Shown here piece after piece: positions 13,572 to 26,647 of a stretch of DNA of 64,000 bases. The notes beneath the pieces are model-generated. The model saw only the letters and a program-made list of their open reading frames with translations. It was not told the DNA's origin and made no database searches. The stretch comes from Pecten maximus (taxonomy: Eukaryota): positions 27,032,001 to 27,096,000 of the forward strand of contig NC_047029.1 of assembly GCF_902652985.1 (NCBI RefSeq), in the 5' to 3' direction. Numbering within the stretch: position 1 is the first letter of the stretch; each line of letters starts with the position of its first letter. The position numbers were made by a program, and so were the translations under genes.

Positions 13572-14971
13572 ACATCAAATCCCACCCATTCAAATCATCT
13601 AATTCCTTTTGACCATCTCTTGTATAAAAACAATTAGTAAAACAAAATCAATACTTATCACCTTTGGATAAATAAAAATATAGCCAAATTGTCTTTACAA
13701 ACCTACCTAATTAAATTTTCTATAATTTAACCATATACATATTTAATGTGACAATAGTTAGTTAATGTAATGTATGATGAGTGGATAGCCGATTACAATA
13801 GACATCAGCTGTTACTACCAACATATGTAGATTCGCTGTTACCAATATGTATATACAATGTAGGTACATATACATGGAATACATGTCATGTCATGGATTG
13901 ATTTGTGTCATAATGGTTTCTGTATTTCTATCACAATCTGACACAGACGTCTTTATGACGAGACTTTATGATATATACATGTGTCAGAAGATTGGATCTA
14001 TATAGGAGCTGTGTTTAACAATTTAATCTTAATATCAAAAGGTCTAGAAAATAACGCTTTGATTTAATCGTGTCGAAGCCTGTTTGTTATTAAACATTTT
14101 ACTGATCTGGACTCAGAATCATAAATTATTGATGAAGACATACCCTTAGTTCTGTAAGCTGTAGTAAACATCATGTCAAACATTGATCCAGTACACCAAA
14201 GTCACGGCGATCCAATTTTAATGACAGTCTAAATATACAAGGTGAATGCCGTGTTGGTTAATTTTTAATCTGTTGGGTAATATCATCCACTGAATTCTGT
14301 CCATTAAACGACTGGTTACTTTTATTTTCTGAATAAGAGTACAATTCATTATCTATAGGTTTATGTAGTAAATAGAGTAATTTTAATCAGTTTCAGTACC
14401 TCTGTTGCAAAACTTTGGTCTCAAAGTAAATTGAAATCAGTTATTTTCCCTTATCATAATTATTATTGAAACATGATACTGCAATAAGATTTCTAAGCAA
14501 CGGAAATGAGTGAAGGGTAAGTTAACTTGCCAAAATTCAAGGTCATTGGGTCAAATGTTGGGGTGAAATTGTGTCTCTTAACATTGAGTCAAAGAAGATG
14601 TCAACTGACCTGAATGGTCAAATCATCATACCAAAGACGTAAACGTCATATTCATACGGTCAAGTTCTAAATTTTGTCCTAAAGGAAAGTTATAATCATA
14701 CTAGTAGTTACTTGTCCTGGTCAATATCTTCACATCAAGGTCAGGACATTTGTCTCATAACTGATAAAAAAACCTGCAAGAGATCACATACTACTTGACC
14801 TCAACCCTATGAGACATGTTATATTTGACAGGAAAGACTATGAGAAATTACCCTTATATATAGCATTTATTTGATTTATATAATTTATTACTCTGTCTCT
14901 GTCTCTGTAATATAAGGCTTCTCTCAGATAGTGACCTCTATATGATGTACTGTGTTTTAACCCTATGCCTG

Positions 14972-15390
14972 CATGGTAATAAACCAATGTCTGGTAATAA
15001 ACCAATGTCTGGTAATAAATTCCTGTCTGGTAACAAGCCCATGTCTGGTACTACATCCATACCTGGTAATAAGCCTATATGTCTGGCAATAAGTCCATGT
15101 CTAGTAATAAGCCAGTGTCTGGTAATAAGTCCATGTCTAATAATAAGCATGTGTCTGGTAATATGTCCATGTCTAGTAATAAGTCCATGTCTGTCAAGAA
15201 GTCCATGTATAGTAATAAGTCCATGTCTGTCAATATGTCCATGTCTGGCAATAAGCCCATGCCTGGTAATAAGCATGTGTCTGGTAATATGTCCATGTCT
15301 AGTAATAAGTCCATGTCTGTCAATAAGTCCATGTATAAAGTCCATGTCTAATAATAAGTCTAATAAGCCCATATGTCTGGTAATAAGCCC
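14972..15390. repeat. 18-bp minisatellite ATGTCTGGTAATAAGTCC
   Basis: Tandem; related to the 9650 array. Confidence 0.9.
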
Positions 15391-15827
15391 ACTCATGTCT
15401 ACTGCAGTTCTATAAAAATGCTATTAAATGCTGTTTAATTGTATTGTCACCCCTATTTTGAGTAAAACCCTCTTAGGGTTATTACAGTATTAATACAGTA
15501 TTTACCTATGAGAGAAATGTAGTTATTTTCCTGATAAGGTTTGGTGTGATTTTAAATTCTGTGCTACTGTTAGATTCATTGATCAGACCAGGACATTATC
15601 AGAGCCCCACACTCAGACAGCGTGTCATGGTGATGTATATGTGGCAGTCTAAGCAGTGGAATTGAGGGAATCGAGAGTTCGTAATTACCCAGTATTGAAA
15701 AAGGTCCGCTGGACAGATTGATCTTTAGTGATAAAATAATCAATACATTTGTAGATCTTGGTTGTTAGGACTAAAGGAACTTGTACAGTAACTTTAGGAT
15801 GAGTGTCTATTCAATTATATAAGTCGA

Positions 15828-16097
15828 TCCCTACCAGAGAAACTGGGGAACTATACTTCTTCTCCATCCGTCTTGTATGCATGTATATATGTACGTAACA
15901 CCAAAATTTGTCAGTGTTCTTGAAGCGGTTTCATTCCTGATTGATTTTAATCAAACTTTTCACAATTACGAAGGACCACCATATCTCAGACAAGATTGAA
16001 TCAGGGTTTTGGGGTCAATGTTACTCTTACTACTTTTAGCCCAGGTCGTAGGGGTCGGTAGGGGACATGCATTGCCTTCGCAATACCTAGTATGTTT
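15828..16097 (+). mobile_element. HINE-like interspersed repeat (copies at 34241-34487 and partial ~25410-25512)
   Basis: CCTACCAG..AAACT 5' end; 3' hairpin TATTGCtttaGCAATA followed by CCnGTATG in all three copies. Confidence 0.55.
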
Positions 16098-17402
16098 GTT
16101 TATCTTGCATTAGGCTGATGGTCCAGCATTCAAGATGTGACTAAAAATTAGGATAACATTTAATGCTCTCAGGGATTTTCTTTAAAACTAAATTGCTGGG
16201 TCAAGTCTGCGTGTCGTAAACTTTTTATTTGTCCAGAGATCTCTTTAACATTCCAACCAATCTCATGTTACATTATTGTGCTTTCCTGATGAACATTTTA
16301 ATTAGGTCACCTGAGACGAAGTTTTGATACAAGAATATATGCTACAACAAAAAAAAAAAACAACAATGGCAGGAAACACTTCTCATCTCTATGTAATTGA
16401 TAGCAATTGATATCAGATATTAAGCACAAAATTGAGTTTTCAAGTGAGATGATCTCAAAAAAATTACTATTTTCATTTCACTTTGTTGGTTTCTCTTTGA
16501 ACTAGAACAGTGGTATTGAATTGGTAGGTAAAGTTATGGTCATTGAAGTAAGAATGTGGAGTAGGAAGATGAATGAACTAGAGTAACAGTGTAGGAGTTT
16601 GTATGGTGTGGCTGTGGTGGTAATTTATGTAAAATGACACAAATAATCCATAAATAAAGCCACTTTAAACAATTCCAATCGGTTACACCATCTTGTCCAA
16701 ATGCTGTTTGAGCAATTCTTTCCCATTAGCGTCGTTTGATGGAGAAATATTGACAGAAACTCCCGAGAGCCCACTCAATGGCTCTGGAGACGTAGCACTG
16801 CGTTGGTGTCCCAGCAATATTAATGGATCAGGCAGTCTGTAGGGAACGCAATCACAGCTAACATGAAATTTCTTAAAGCTAGGAAGGGTATTTTTGGTGG
16901 TTTGGCTCAGACAGCCATCATTCTTGGTAACGATTGTTGTTGGAGCTGTACTACTATATGGTTAAGAGTCTGCCGTGATAATGCTACTGTACCAAACCAT
17001 GGTATAAAACTGCAATACAGATACATCATCAGAATCAGACATCTACCAGAACCTCACTGTAGTAAATACTAGGGATTCCTTTCCTTTACAGTCACAGGAA
17101 ATCTTTGAATATTGTTGTGTGACCTTCAAAAACCTTGAAGTACTTTTGATATTAAAAATCTTTGAAATGAAGTCTGTGTCCTTGAAAAGTCCTTGACAAG
17201 CTAGGCTGTTCGTTGTGTATATGTATATATACTTGTAATTCAAATTGAAAGAGGGACTAAGTTTAAAAACTAGGTATGTGAATTAAAAAGTAAAAATTCA
17301 AAAGTTGAAATTCAGTGGCAGTTTGTGTACACATAGATTTCGAGAAATTGATCTTGAATTGTGAAGTATCTGTCATTAATAAATGATAATCTTTACATTA
17401 TT

Positions 17403-18377
17403 ATTAGCTCACCTGCCCAAAGGGCAAGTGAGCTTATGCCACTTCTTCTCAATAACCAAGAGGCCCAGTGACTTGATATTAGGCCTGTAGCATGCTGGGG
17501 TGAAGGGCTCTCAAGTTTGTTCAAATAAATGACCTTGACCTTAATTCATTCAATGTCACATGGGTCAAATAGGCTATAATCTTCAAAAGACTTCTTCTCA
17601 ATAACCAAGATGCCTCAGGGACTCGTTATTGGGCCTGTAACATGCTGGGGTGAAGGGCTACCAAGTTTGTTCAAATGAATGACCTTGACCTTCATTTAAG
17701 GTCACATGGGTCAAATAGGCTATGCTCTTCAAATGACTTCTTCTCAGTAACCAAGAGGCCCAGGGACTTTATATTGGGCCTGTAGCATACTGGGGTGAAG
17801 TGCTACTAAGTTTTTTTTAAATAAATGACCTTGACCTTTATTCAAGGTCACATGGGTCAAAAAGGCTATACTCTTCAAACAACTTCTTCTCAATAACCAA
17901 GAGGCCCAGGGACTTGATATTGGGCTTGTAGCATGCTGTGGTGAAGGGCTACCAACTTTGTTCAAATACATGACCTTGACTTTCATTCAAGGTCAGATAG
18001 GCTATAATCTTTAAATGACTTCTCATCAATAACCAAGAGGCCAAGGGACTTTATATTAGGCCTGTAGCATGCTGGGGTGAAGGGCTACCAAGTTTGTTTA
18101 AATAAATGACCTTGACCTACATTCAAGGTCACAGGGGTGAAATTGGCTTAAATCTATAAACAGTAATTTTACGATAGCCAAGAGTCTCTGAAACCTGATA
18201 TTAGGTAAATAGTATGCTGGAATGAAGGACTAGAACATTTATTGATATGAATAAACCTTAGCGTACACTGATATTTGAATAAACAGGTAATCAGCATAGT
18301 ATGTGTAGAAATGACCTCAATCAACTTCAATGTTGCTGTAGAGCCAGGTGAGCGATATAGGCCCATTGGGCCTCTTG
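17403..18377 (+). mobile_element. Helentron/HINE-like element with internal ~146-bp tandem repeats
   Basis: Subterminal inverted repeat GCTCACCTG...CAGGTGAGC; 5' short IR; 3' hairpin AGGCCCattGGGCCT; about 4.7 units starting at 17451, 17600, 17746, 17892, 18028. Confidence 0.75.
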
Positions 18378-18495
18378 TCATGATATTTATTACCAAAAAA
18401 GTGTTAAAGGTGACCCCATCCACTATATATATTTTTTATATATCATTTCTAACATGTGGGAGAGCGAGGCGGGATACATGTTTCACAAATATTTG

Positions 18496-18840
18496 TTATG
18501 CCCTCGCCAAAAAATAGGAGGTGGCGGCATATAGTGTTGCCCATATCTGCCATCACATTGCAATTGTGTCCTGTCACATCTCAACCCAATGCAATGTAAA
18601 CACTTATAAAATTAGCAACTTCATTGTTTGACAGGACAAGTAGGAATATATTTCGGACATCATTGTGTTTCAGGGTTCCAAGTTCAAGGCCAAGGTCACG
18701 CTTGCTATATACATTGTGTATATATAAAATTATTGATTGATTAAATTATAACACTTCATTCTTTCATGGATTTTAGTCAAACTTTATGTAGAGGTCACAT
18801 GACAGCAGGGACATTTATGTCTTACAGATATTTCCTAGTA
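18496..18840 (+). mobile_element. degenerate HINE-like interspersed repeat (related copy 2549-2760)
   Basis: Same terminal words; internal CAAGGTCAC motif. Confidence 0.45.
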
Positions 18841-18902
18841 CTAAGCTACAGATAAAGGTAAAGATCATCATTCTAAGTAAAAGTCAACCTTCTGTTTTAC
18901 AG

Positions 18903-18965
18903 ATTGGAGCTGCTCGTGGTAAACTGAGGAACTTTGTCATCGAACCATTTATCACACATACACAG
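18903..18965 (+). CDS. ACLY: ACLY exon 3 (IGAARGKLRNFVIEPFITHTQ)
   Basis: AG/GT boundaries, 63 nt, EPF motif. Confidence 0.93.
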
Positions 18966-19205
18966 GTACTGTACCTTGATAGACACGACCATGTTAAAAC
19001 AAAGAATTCCTTTTTTGTTTAATTCATTCTTAAGTAATATTAAGTGAAAGATAACATTTATCAGTTTTGTGTGGTAATACTTAAAAAGATTTGATTATTT
19101 AAAAAGTTTAATAATACACACACGTATCACTAAAGCCTTAGAAATTGGATTAAATTATGACTAGATACCCTGGTAATTGTTTTTTTTTTCTTTTTTTTCC
19201 CACAG

Positions 19206-19304
19206 GATGAAGAGTTTTATGTTTGTATATACTCACACAGACATGCAGATAGTATCCTCTTCCACCACGAGGGTGGTGTGGACATCGGTGATGTTGATGC
19301 CAAG
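19206..19304 (+). CDS. ACLY: ACLY exon 4 ([10 protein letters not shown]...[13 protein letters not shown])
   Basis: AG/GT boundaries, conserved EGGVD. Confidence 0.95.
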
Positions 19305-21346
19305 GTAATTAAACTGTTATCTAAATCTATATATAGTACGTACATAATATGATTTTGATCTGTTAATCTAAAATCAAAATGATTCTGATGAACAAGCTAA
19401 GGTTGCTTCCCTTTGTTATACTTATCTCTGCAATACAAAGACTTGCTAGTTTTTGTATAAAATTCCCAAAAAGAATTCGCTTCTCCAGAAATTACACAAG
19501 GAAGTAAACACACCTCTCCCTATATTAAGTCACTTCACAACTTTAACTAAACTAGGTATATAGCTAGATTACATAATGGACATCTCAACACACCCTTCAT
19601 TTACGAAATATCATCTAGAATTTATGGTCCATTACGTATACATGACTGGAAATTAGGGGTGCTGCCAATCTAGACTTTAATGTTGTGTGTTTTGCTTAGT
19701 TTCTCAGAAATTATCAACGTTATTTCAATCAAACCAGCAATTTAGTTTCATTCTAGTATGGCCATCTCAACACACCCTTCAGAAAACATAAATTTCAATT
19801 TTTTGCTTTTGTTTTTGGTTAAAAACCTTAGATTTTGATAGATTGATGTTAAATCTTAATTTCTTCTTCAGTTGATTTACAAGTTTGATTGTAGCCAAGT
19901 TGGAATTCATCCTATATATTCAATGTATTTTTTTCTCACTTTCCAGAAGGAGTGATTTTTGGGGTAAAAAATTACATATTGAGATGAATTTTGAGAATAA
20001 GTGCAGATTTTGTGAAATTTGATAATTGTTTTGCAACACAACATTAAGTGGAGGTTTTTTTGATGTTTTTTGAAAAAATACTTACATTTTAGTGAATTTT
20101 GGAGTTTTCTTAAAACTTACTATACTGACAAGGCAGAACAGGCAAGACATATATATGTGCACATGTATTTCCTGTATAAAATGCACCTTCTTTACATGAA
20201 CTGATGTAGAATGCCGTACATTAAAAGTTTTACAATGTTAATCACTGCTTTAAAATAAGATCCCTATGTCTTTTCTGATGTCTGTAAAAGATAACATACT
20301 TATTTATATAATTGTCTCGGTTTCAGATTCTTCAATCTAACATCAAATTAAATTGAAATTATATCACAATATTTCTCACAAAACGTAAATGTCTTCGGTC
20401 TGATGTTGAAAATTAATTTAATATACTGGAATCTGAACTTCTGCAGAATGTTTGCTGAAACAGCACATTACATCATTGACATTGTTTCAAGCTAACATTG
20501 CTTTGAAACTCTGAATCCTGTGGTGTAGAACCCGTATTTTGTAGATAAATCTATAGAATCTGTACAAGGCTTTTTAAATGTGAGCAAGGTTTAAATCGAT
20601 GCTAAGGGGTAGTAGCTATTTCTGAGCCACTAGATCAATAAGGGTTGTATGCTTCGTTCCAATGTGTATAACTAGCTAAGATGGAGGCAGTTTGGTTTCC
20701 CAATTATTTTTTTATTTAAAGATGTATGCTACCTCACTTATCTCCTTTCTTGAAGAGTTCCAATTCCAAGAGATTCTTCAGATTTTAACATAATATTAGA
20801 ATTTCATCTCCAGATATTGGTACAGTTGAAAAAGGTTATTATAGTGAGGAGCTTATAATGATAAAAAATGATTGTAAATTAATCAAACAATGAACTGAAA
20901 CTGATTATGTCAAATTGAAAAAAGTCAGTTTATCAGTACAGTATGAAGAGACTGTTTCCTATCTCAAATTATTCTGAAGAAGTATAAAAATGGTTTAAAT
21001 AGAGATTTATGTTCAGCTTACAGATTATAAAGGCTCAGATTCAAAGTTTTCAAGTACCTGTGATATATGTTTATTCCAAATTTACTTGGCTTTCAGTAAT
21101 TAAAACTCTCAGCTTTAATTACCTGGTATTCTTAGTTAACCTATAAAAACCAATATTTATCAACAATTTGTTGGTTTATATGCATTACATTATCAATTAT
21201 GAAAATGGTACCAATTCTAGGTCCAGAACAACATTTATTATATTGAGGTACATTCTGAGTTATAAGATAATGCTATTAATTATTCCAGATTAAACTATCT
21301 ATGGCTACAGTACAAACAAAAATGACTGAAATTCTTTTCGTTTTAG

Positions 21347-21438
21347 GCAGTTAAATTGGAGGTGCCAGTTGGGGAGGATTTGACCACAGAAGCTATCACC
21401 TCCACGCTACTTGTAAACGTTCCTGCTGCAGCCCACAG
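21347..21438 (+). CDS. ACLY: ACLY exon 5 (AVKLEVPVGE...AAH)
   Basis: AG/GT boundaries, phase fits both neighbours. Confidence 0.9.
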
Positions 21439-21499
21439 GTAGGTCAGCCACACATACACCTGGCATGTTCCTCTTTATGTCATTGTTTCAAAGAAGTAA

Positions 21500-22332
21500 A
21501 AAATAAAGGGAAATGTGATATAAAAAGAAATTTGATATTAAGAGAAATGTGTTTCAAAGAGCAATGTGGTATACAGATTGAAATGTCATATAAAGAGAAT
21601 CATGATAACAGAAATTGTTTTAAGGTTATGTGGTTTAAAGAGAAATATGATATAAAGGGGAAAATGATGAAAAGGAACACATGATATAAATACACATGTG
21701 ATATAAAAAGAAATGTGATATAAAGAGAAATATGATATAAAAGGAAATGTGATATAAAGGGAAATGTGATATAAAGGGAAATGTGATGTAAAGGGAAATG
21801 TGTTTCAAAGAGCAATGTGATTTACAGATTGAAATGTCATATAAAGAGAATCATGATAACAGAAATTGATTTTAAGGTTATGTGGTTTAAAGAGAAATAT
21901 GATTTAAAGGGGAAAATGATGAAAAGGAACACATGATATAAATACACATGTGATATAAAAAGAAATGTGATATAAAGAGTAATATGATATAAAGGGAAAT
22001 GTGATATAAAGGGAAATGTGATGTAAAGGGAAATGTGTTTCAAAGAGCAATGTGATATACAGATTGAAGTGTGATATAAAGAGAATCACGATAAAAAGCA
22101 TAATGCAATTTAAAAGAAAATATGATACATGTACCAATAAAATGTGATGCGTAGACAATGTAATTTAAGGGAAAATGTGATATAAAAAGAAATTGATTTT
22201 AAGGTTATGTGGTTTAAAGTGAAATGTAATTTAAAAGAGAAAATGATGAAAAGGAACTCATGATATAAATACAAATGTGATATAAAAAGAAATTTGACAT
22301 AAAGAGAAAATTGATATAAAGGGAAATGTGAG
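21500..22332. repeat. degenerate ~17-18-bp purine-rich repeat with ~235-250-bp higher-order blocks
   Basis: AAAGGGAAATGTGATAT units; GTTTCAAAGAGCAATGTG recurs at 21551, 21802, 22037. Confidence 0.85.
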
Positions 22333-22402
22333 CATTTTTGTATAAGATGTAAATTTATTGTTCTTGCCTGAGACCAGTAATATTCCCATTTTCCTTTGAC
22401 AG

Positions 22403-22482
22403 TGTACTAACAGCATTCCTACTAGCCCTTTATGAGGCCTACAAAGACCTACACTTTACTTACCTGGAGATCAACCCACTTG
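22403..22482 (+). CDS. ACLY: ACLY exon 6 (..DLHFTYLEINPL)
   Basis: LEINP motif, AG/GT boundaries. Confidence 0.95.
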
Positions 22483-23338
22483 GTAAGGCAAAGATTCCTC
22501 ATAGCTTCTGGTGGGAGGGAGAACTGATAAAGGAAACGATAGTTTTTATAGCAAGATAACAAGAAGTTTAATTTTGTGTTTGTATAATTTGGAACATTTT
22601 ACAGTTCAATATTTAGCCTCTTCATTTCACAGTTGTTATTTTATTTGAAGGCCATGAAAAACTCCATAAATTCAAGACTTATTTCCAGGATTCATTGATT
22701 TTACTATCTGTCCATTAAGAAAATAATCAGTTCAAATAGCAGATTAATTCATCTTTTTACTAGTTGGTATTTAGTTGATATAACAGGGGTTATATTTTGA
22801 TCTTAGATATGGTCCAATTTTCCTAACGTCTCATTGGCTAAAACATGGTCATGTGAAAGTTAATATTTTGAAATATTGACTTTATTTTTTATCATTCGAA
22901 ACACAGTGTTAATATTGCATTTATGATGTCATAATCATTATAATTTCACAATGCCCCAATGTTATCAAGAAAGATATAATGTAATTCCACCATTTTGCAA
23001 ACAAGTTTCATATATCTAATATAAAATTAAGGGCTTTTGGTAAGGTCAAAATGGTGTTAAAACGAACTTGGAGAAATTGAAATATACCTAGGGCTTCACT
23101 TTCTGTCAATATTTGATTCTACCAGGTTGGTACAACACCATATTGACCTCACCAAAGGTCTGTAATTGATAAATATCATAATATAATATGATACATTGTG
23201 CCATATTCTTTTTTTTTTTTGATTGTTGGCTTATACCTTTATCAACAACTTATACCTAATTATGTGAAGTATGGTAAATTTTTTGTAAAATTAAACTTAT
23301 TGAGAGAGATTCCTGAAGTCTTGAAACCTTTTTGACAG

Positions 23339-23469
23339 TGTTTACGGGAGGAAAGATCTACATCCTAGACCTGGCAGCTAAGATTGACCAGTGTGCAGAG
23401 TACCTGTGTAAGGCTAAATGGGGAGAAATGTCCTTCCCTCCGCCCTTTGGTAGGGACGCACTTCCTGAG
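23339..23469 (+). CDS. ACLY: ACLY exon 7 (..[21 protein letters not shown])
   Basis: Conserved motifs, AG/GT boundaries. Confidence 0.95.
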
Positions 23470-23904
23470 GTAAGTCGATACCTTCCTGTGAAGTCAGATA
23501 ATGAAAATGTTCACTTAACCATTAAGATGTCAATCAAACTACCCACCAAACATATCAAACATCGTGTCCAGATCTAAGTATGAGAATGAAGCAATAGTGT
23601 AGCCTTTTCCAGTCCTTTTCCTATTTGTTTTTTAGTTGTAACTACAATGACAGATTTATTTTGTTTCTTGTATTATGACATGAATGCATCAACCGATTTA
23701 GTTCATATTCACACCATAAAAACACAAGATCAATTGCTACACCTGATTACAGTTTGGTGCTCATTGGTGAAGAATAAAGGGTCAAAGGTTAGACATAACT
23801 TTTGAAAAATTGTTTTAAGTTAACCATCTACACCATTAACTGATGAAGAGGTGGGGTGGAATATGTGGGCGATGACCTCATCACTTTATTTATATCTTAC
23901 ACAG

Positions 23905-24023
23905 GAAGCATATATAGCTGACCTTGATGCTAAGAGCGGTGCTTCTCTAAAGCTGACCATTCTCAACAAAAAGGGACGGATCTGGACTATGGTTGCTGGT
24001 GGTGGAGCCTCGGTGATATTCGC
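23905..24023 (+). CDS. ACLY: ACLY exon 8 ([30 protein letters not shown])
   Basis: Conserved motifs, AG/GT boundaries. Confidence 0.95.
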
Positions 24024-24448
24024 GTAGGTCATCAAACTTGTTTACATTTACTTTGTTTAAATATTGGTATGACTCATATTTTTTTTTCCATCTCAGAGCT
24101 GGTTTTTAGGGTTATTTTCACTGTTTGATTAAACATTAATTTAACATCTTCAGTACCTTATGTATTTTGATTTCATTGAAGTTTTTTATTCTCTTGCTAA
24201 TTATATATATAAGAACAACAACAAAGAATACCAACATAACAAAACCATAATTCTTTCTCAAAATAAAACCAGGGCAAAATTTGAATATAAATTGTATGGA
24301 GACCATAAAAAAATACAAGAAGAACAAGACCAAGTGTTCAGGAAGAGTAAGGGTCTTCTGTTTCATTGATGACACCTGCAATACAAATCTAGGTCAACAA
24401 AGTCATAAGGAGGGAAAATACAGTTCTATATTTGTTCTGCATTTCCAG

Positions 24449-24585
24449 AGACACTATATGCGACCTAGGAGGAGCTCCAGAGTTAGCTAATTACGGCGAG
24501 TATTCCGGAGCACCCAGTGAACAACAGACATACGAGTATGCTAAAACAATCCTTGGTTTGATGACACAAGAAACTCATCCTGATG
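24449..24585 (+). CDS. ACLY: ACLY exon 9 ([21 protein letters not shown])
   Basis: Conserved motifs, AG/GT boundaries. Confidence 0.95.
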
Positions 24586-24696
24586 GTAAGTGTAGTTTGA
24601 TATGCAGTATTAATTGTTTAGACTTAAGGGGACCACACCTTCTAACAGTTGGAGATGTATCAAAATGTAAGCGCCATATACAATGTACCTTTTACT

Positions 24697-24912
24697 GTGT
24701 AAACTCTATTTATTTTACAACAATTTGCAAAACAAGTTATATCAACTTATATAATCATGAGGGGTCTTACTGTGGGAGAAACCCGGAGTACCCGGGAAAA
24801 ACCCATGTGGTCAGGCAGGTGACACCATACCTTTTCACATCCAATCAGGGAATTGAACCCTGGCCGCCCAGGTGAAAGGCAAGTGTGTTACCACTGTGCC
24901 ACGTGACCACCC
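24697..24912 (-). mobile_element. tRNA-derived SINE, second family
   Basis: Reverse complement shows A/B-box-like head and GGGTTTTTCCCGGGTACTCCGGGTTTCTCCCAC core; similar copy at 39417. Confidence 0.75.
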
Positions 24913-25302
24913 TAAAACTATCAACACAGTATTTTCAGATTCTCTGGTGCGTTGTAAATGTTTGTGCTAAAAACTTTACTTTTAACTAAAATGAATACAA
25001 TTCAAACTAACAGGTATTTGTTTTGTGTTCCAAATTGTAATGAGCAATAACTGTCATCTTTGATTTTTGTACTCTCTTAGCAAGAGAGACAACACCACTT
25101 CATTCAAGGGTTAATCTGATGCACTGAATTTTGAGTAATATACAAAAATATATCCGTTTAAATGTAGAAATTTGATAATAATGGTTTAAGTTACAATTAT
25201 GACACACTTCAGGTTCTATGAAAATATCATATAAAACAAACATTAGGCTACAGAAACATTTCCTGTGAAATCTACATGTAAGGTTGTTCCACTGTTTTAC
25301 AG

Positions 25303-25364
25303 GTAAGATCCTGATAGTTGGAGGTGGAATCGCCAACTTCACCAATGTCGCTGCCACATTTAAG
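25303..25364 (+). CDS. ACLY: ACLY exon 10 (GKILIVGGGIANFTNVAATFK, citrate-binding loop)
   Basis: Conserved motif, AG/GT boundaries. Confidence 0.95.
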
Positions 25365-25686
25365 GTAAAGTACAAGTAATGCCCAAAATAGACAAACGGT
25401 AGGTCAGTTTGAGGGATTCTGGTCAAGGTTAAGCTTAAGGTCACTGTAACTGTTTTTGAAGGGGGTGGCCAGTAGGGAATATGTATTGCTTTAGCAACAC
25501 CCAGTATGCTTGATGGGCTCGTATCACAAAACACTGCCCTATAAAAAAAAAATTTTGAATGGACATCACCAATAATAGTCAAAATCTTCAGGGGAGATAA
25601 CTCACACAAAGTGTGCATGTATATGATTATGTAAGTTATAGACAATATTAACTTTGTTTTGACAATATTAATAACTTTATTTTCAG

Positions 25687-25804
25687 GGAATTGTGAGAGC
25701 ATTGCGAGAGTTCCAACAACAGCTGATCGAAACAAAGACCAGCATCTATGTGAGGAGGGCAGGGCCTAACTACCAAGAGGGCCTGAGGATCATGAGGGAA
25801 TTAG
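25687..25804 (+). CDS. ACLY: ACLY exon 11 ([24 protein letters not shown])
   Basis: Conserved motif, AG/GT boundaries. Confidence 0.95.
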
Positions 25805-25816
25805 GTAAGGGTTTCT

Positions 25817-26604
25817 TAGGGGTTAATGATAATACTACTAGGGGCTAATGATAATGCTACTAGGGGTTAATGATAATGCTACTAGGGGTTAATGATAATG
25901 CTACTAGGGGTTAATGATAATACTACTAGGGGTTAATGATAATACTACTAGGGGCTAATTATAATGCTACTAGGGGTTAATTATAATGCTACTAGGGGTT
26001 TAATACTACTAGGGGTTAATTATAATGCTACTAGGGGTTAATGATAATACTACTAGGGGTTAATGATAATACTACTAGGGGTTAATGATAATACTACTAG
26101 GGGTTAATGATAATGCTACTAGGGGTTAATGATAATGCTACTAGGGGTTAATGATAATGCTACTAGGGGTTAATTATAATGCTACTAGGGGTTAATTATA
26201 ATGCTACTAGGGGTTAATGATAATACTACTAGGGGTTAATTATAATGCTACTAGGGGTTAATGATAATGCTACTAGGGGTTAATGATAATGCTACTAGGG
26301 GTTAATGATAATACTACTAGGGGTTAATTATAATGCTACTAGGGGTTAATGATAATACTACTAGGGGTTAATTATAATGCTACTAGGGGTTAATTATAAT
26401 GCTACTAGGGGTTAATGATAATACTACTAGGGGTTAATTATAATGCTACTAGGGGTTAATGATAATGCTACTAGGGGTTAATGATAATGCTACTAGGGGT
26501 TAATGATAATACTACTAGGGGTTAATTATAATGCTACTAGGGGTTAATGATAATACTACTAGGGGTTAATGATAATACTACTAGGGGCTAAAGATAATAC
26601 TACT
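25817..26604. repeat. 22-bp minisatellite TAGGGGTTAAT(G/T)ATAAT(A/G)CTAC, about 35 copies
   Basis: Tandem periodicity. Confidence 0.95.
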
Positions 26605-26647
26605 CGGTAAATCATCAGTTGTACAAGATTAGACAAGAGCTTTACTG

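Noticed and set aside
12112-13637. Long Pro/Ser-rich and Trp/Gly-rich ORFs
   Set aside because: They are translations of a 51-bp minisatellite, open on both strands and frameshifted by 1-nt unit indels.
14938-15415. Overlapping repeat ORFs on both strands
   Set aside because: Artefacts of an 18-bp minisatellite.
25100-25735. 211-aa minus-strand ORF
   Set aside because: It is antisense to ACLY exons 10-11 and a repeat fragment, with no recognisable protein.
25817-26604. Interstitial telomeric repeat
   Set aside because: TAGGGGTTA is only part of a 22-bp unit; there is no (TTAGGG)n.
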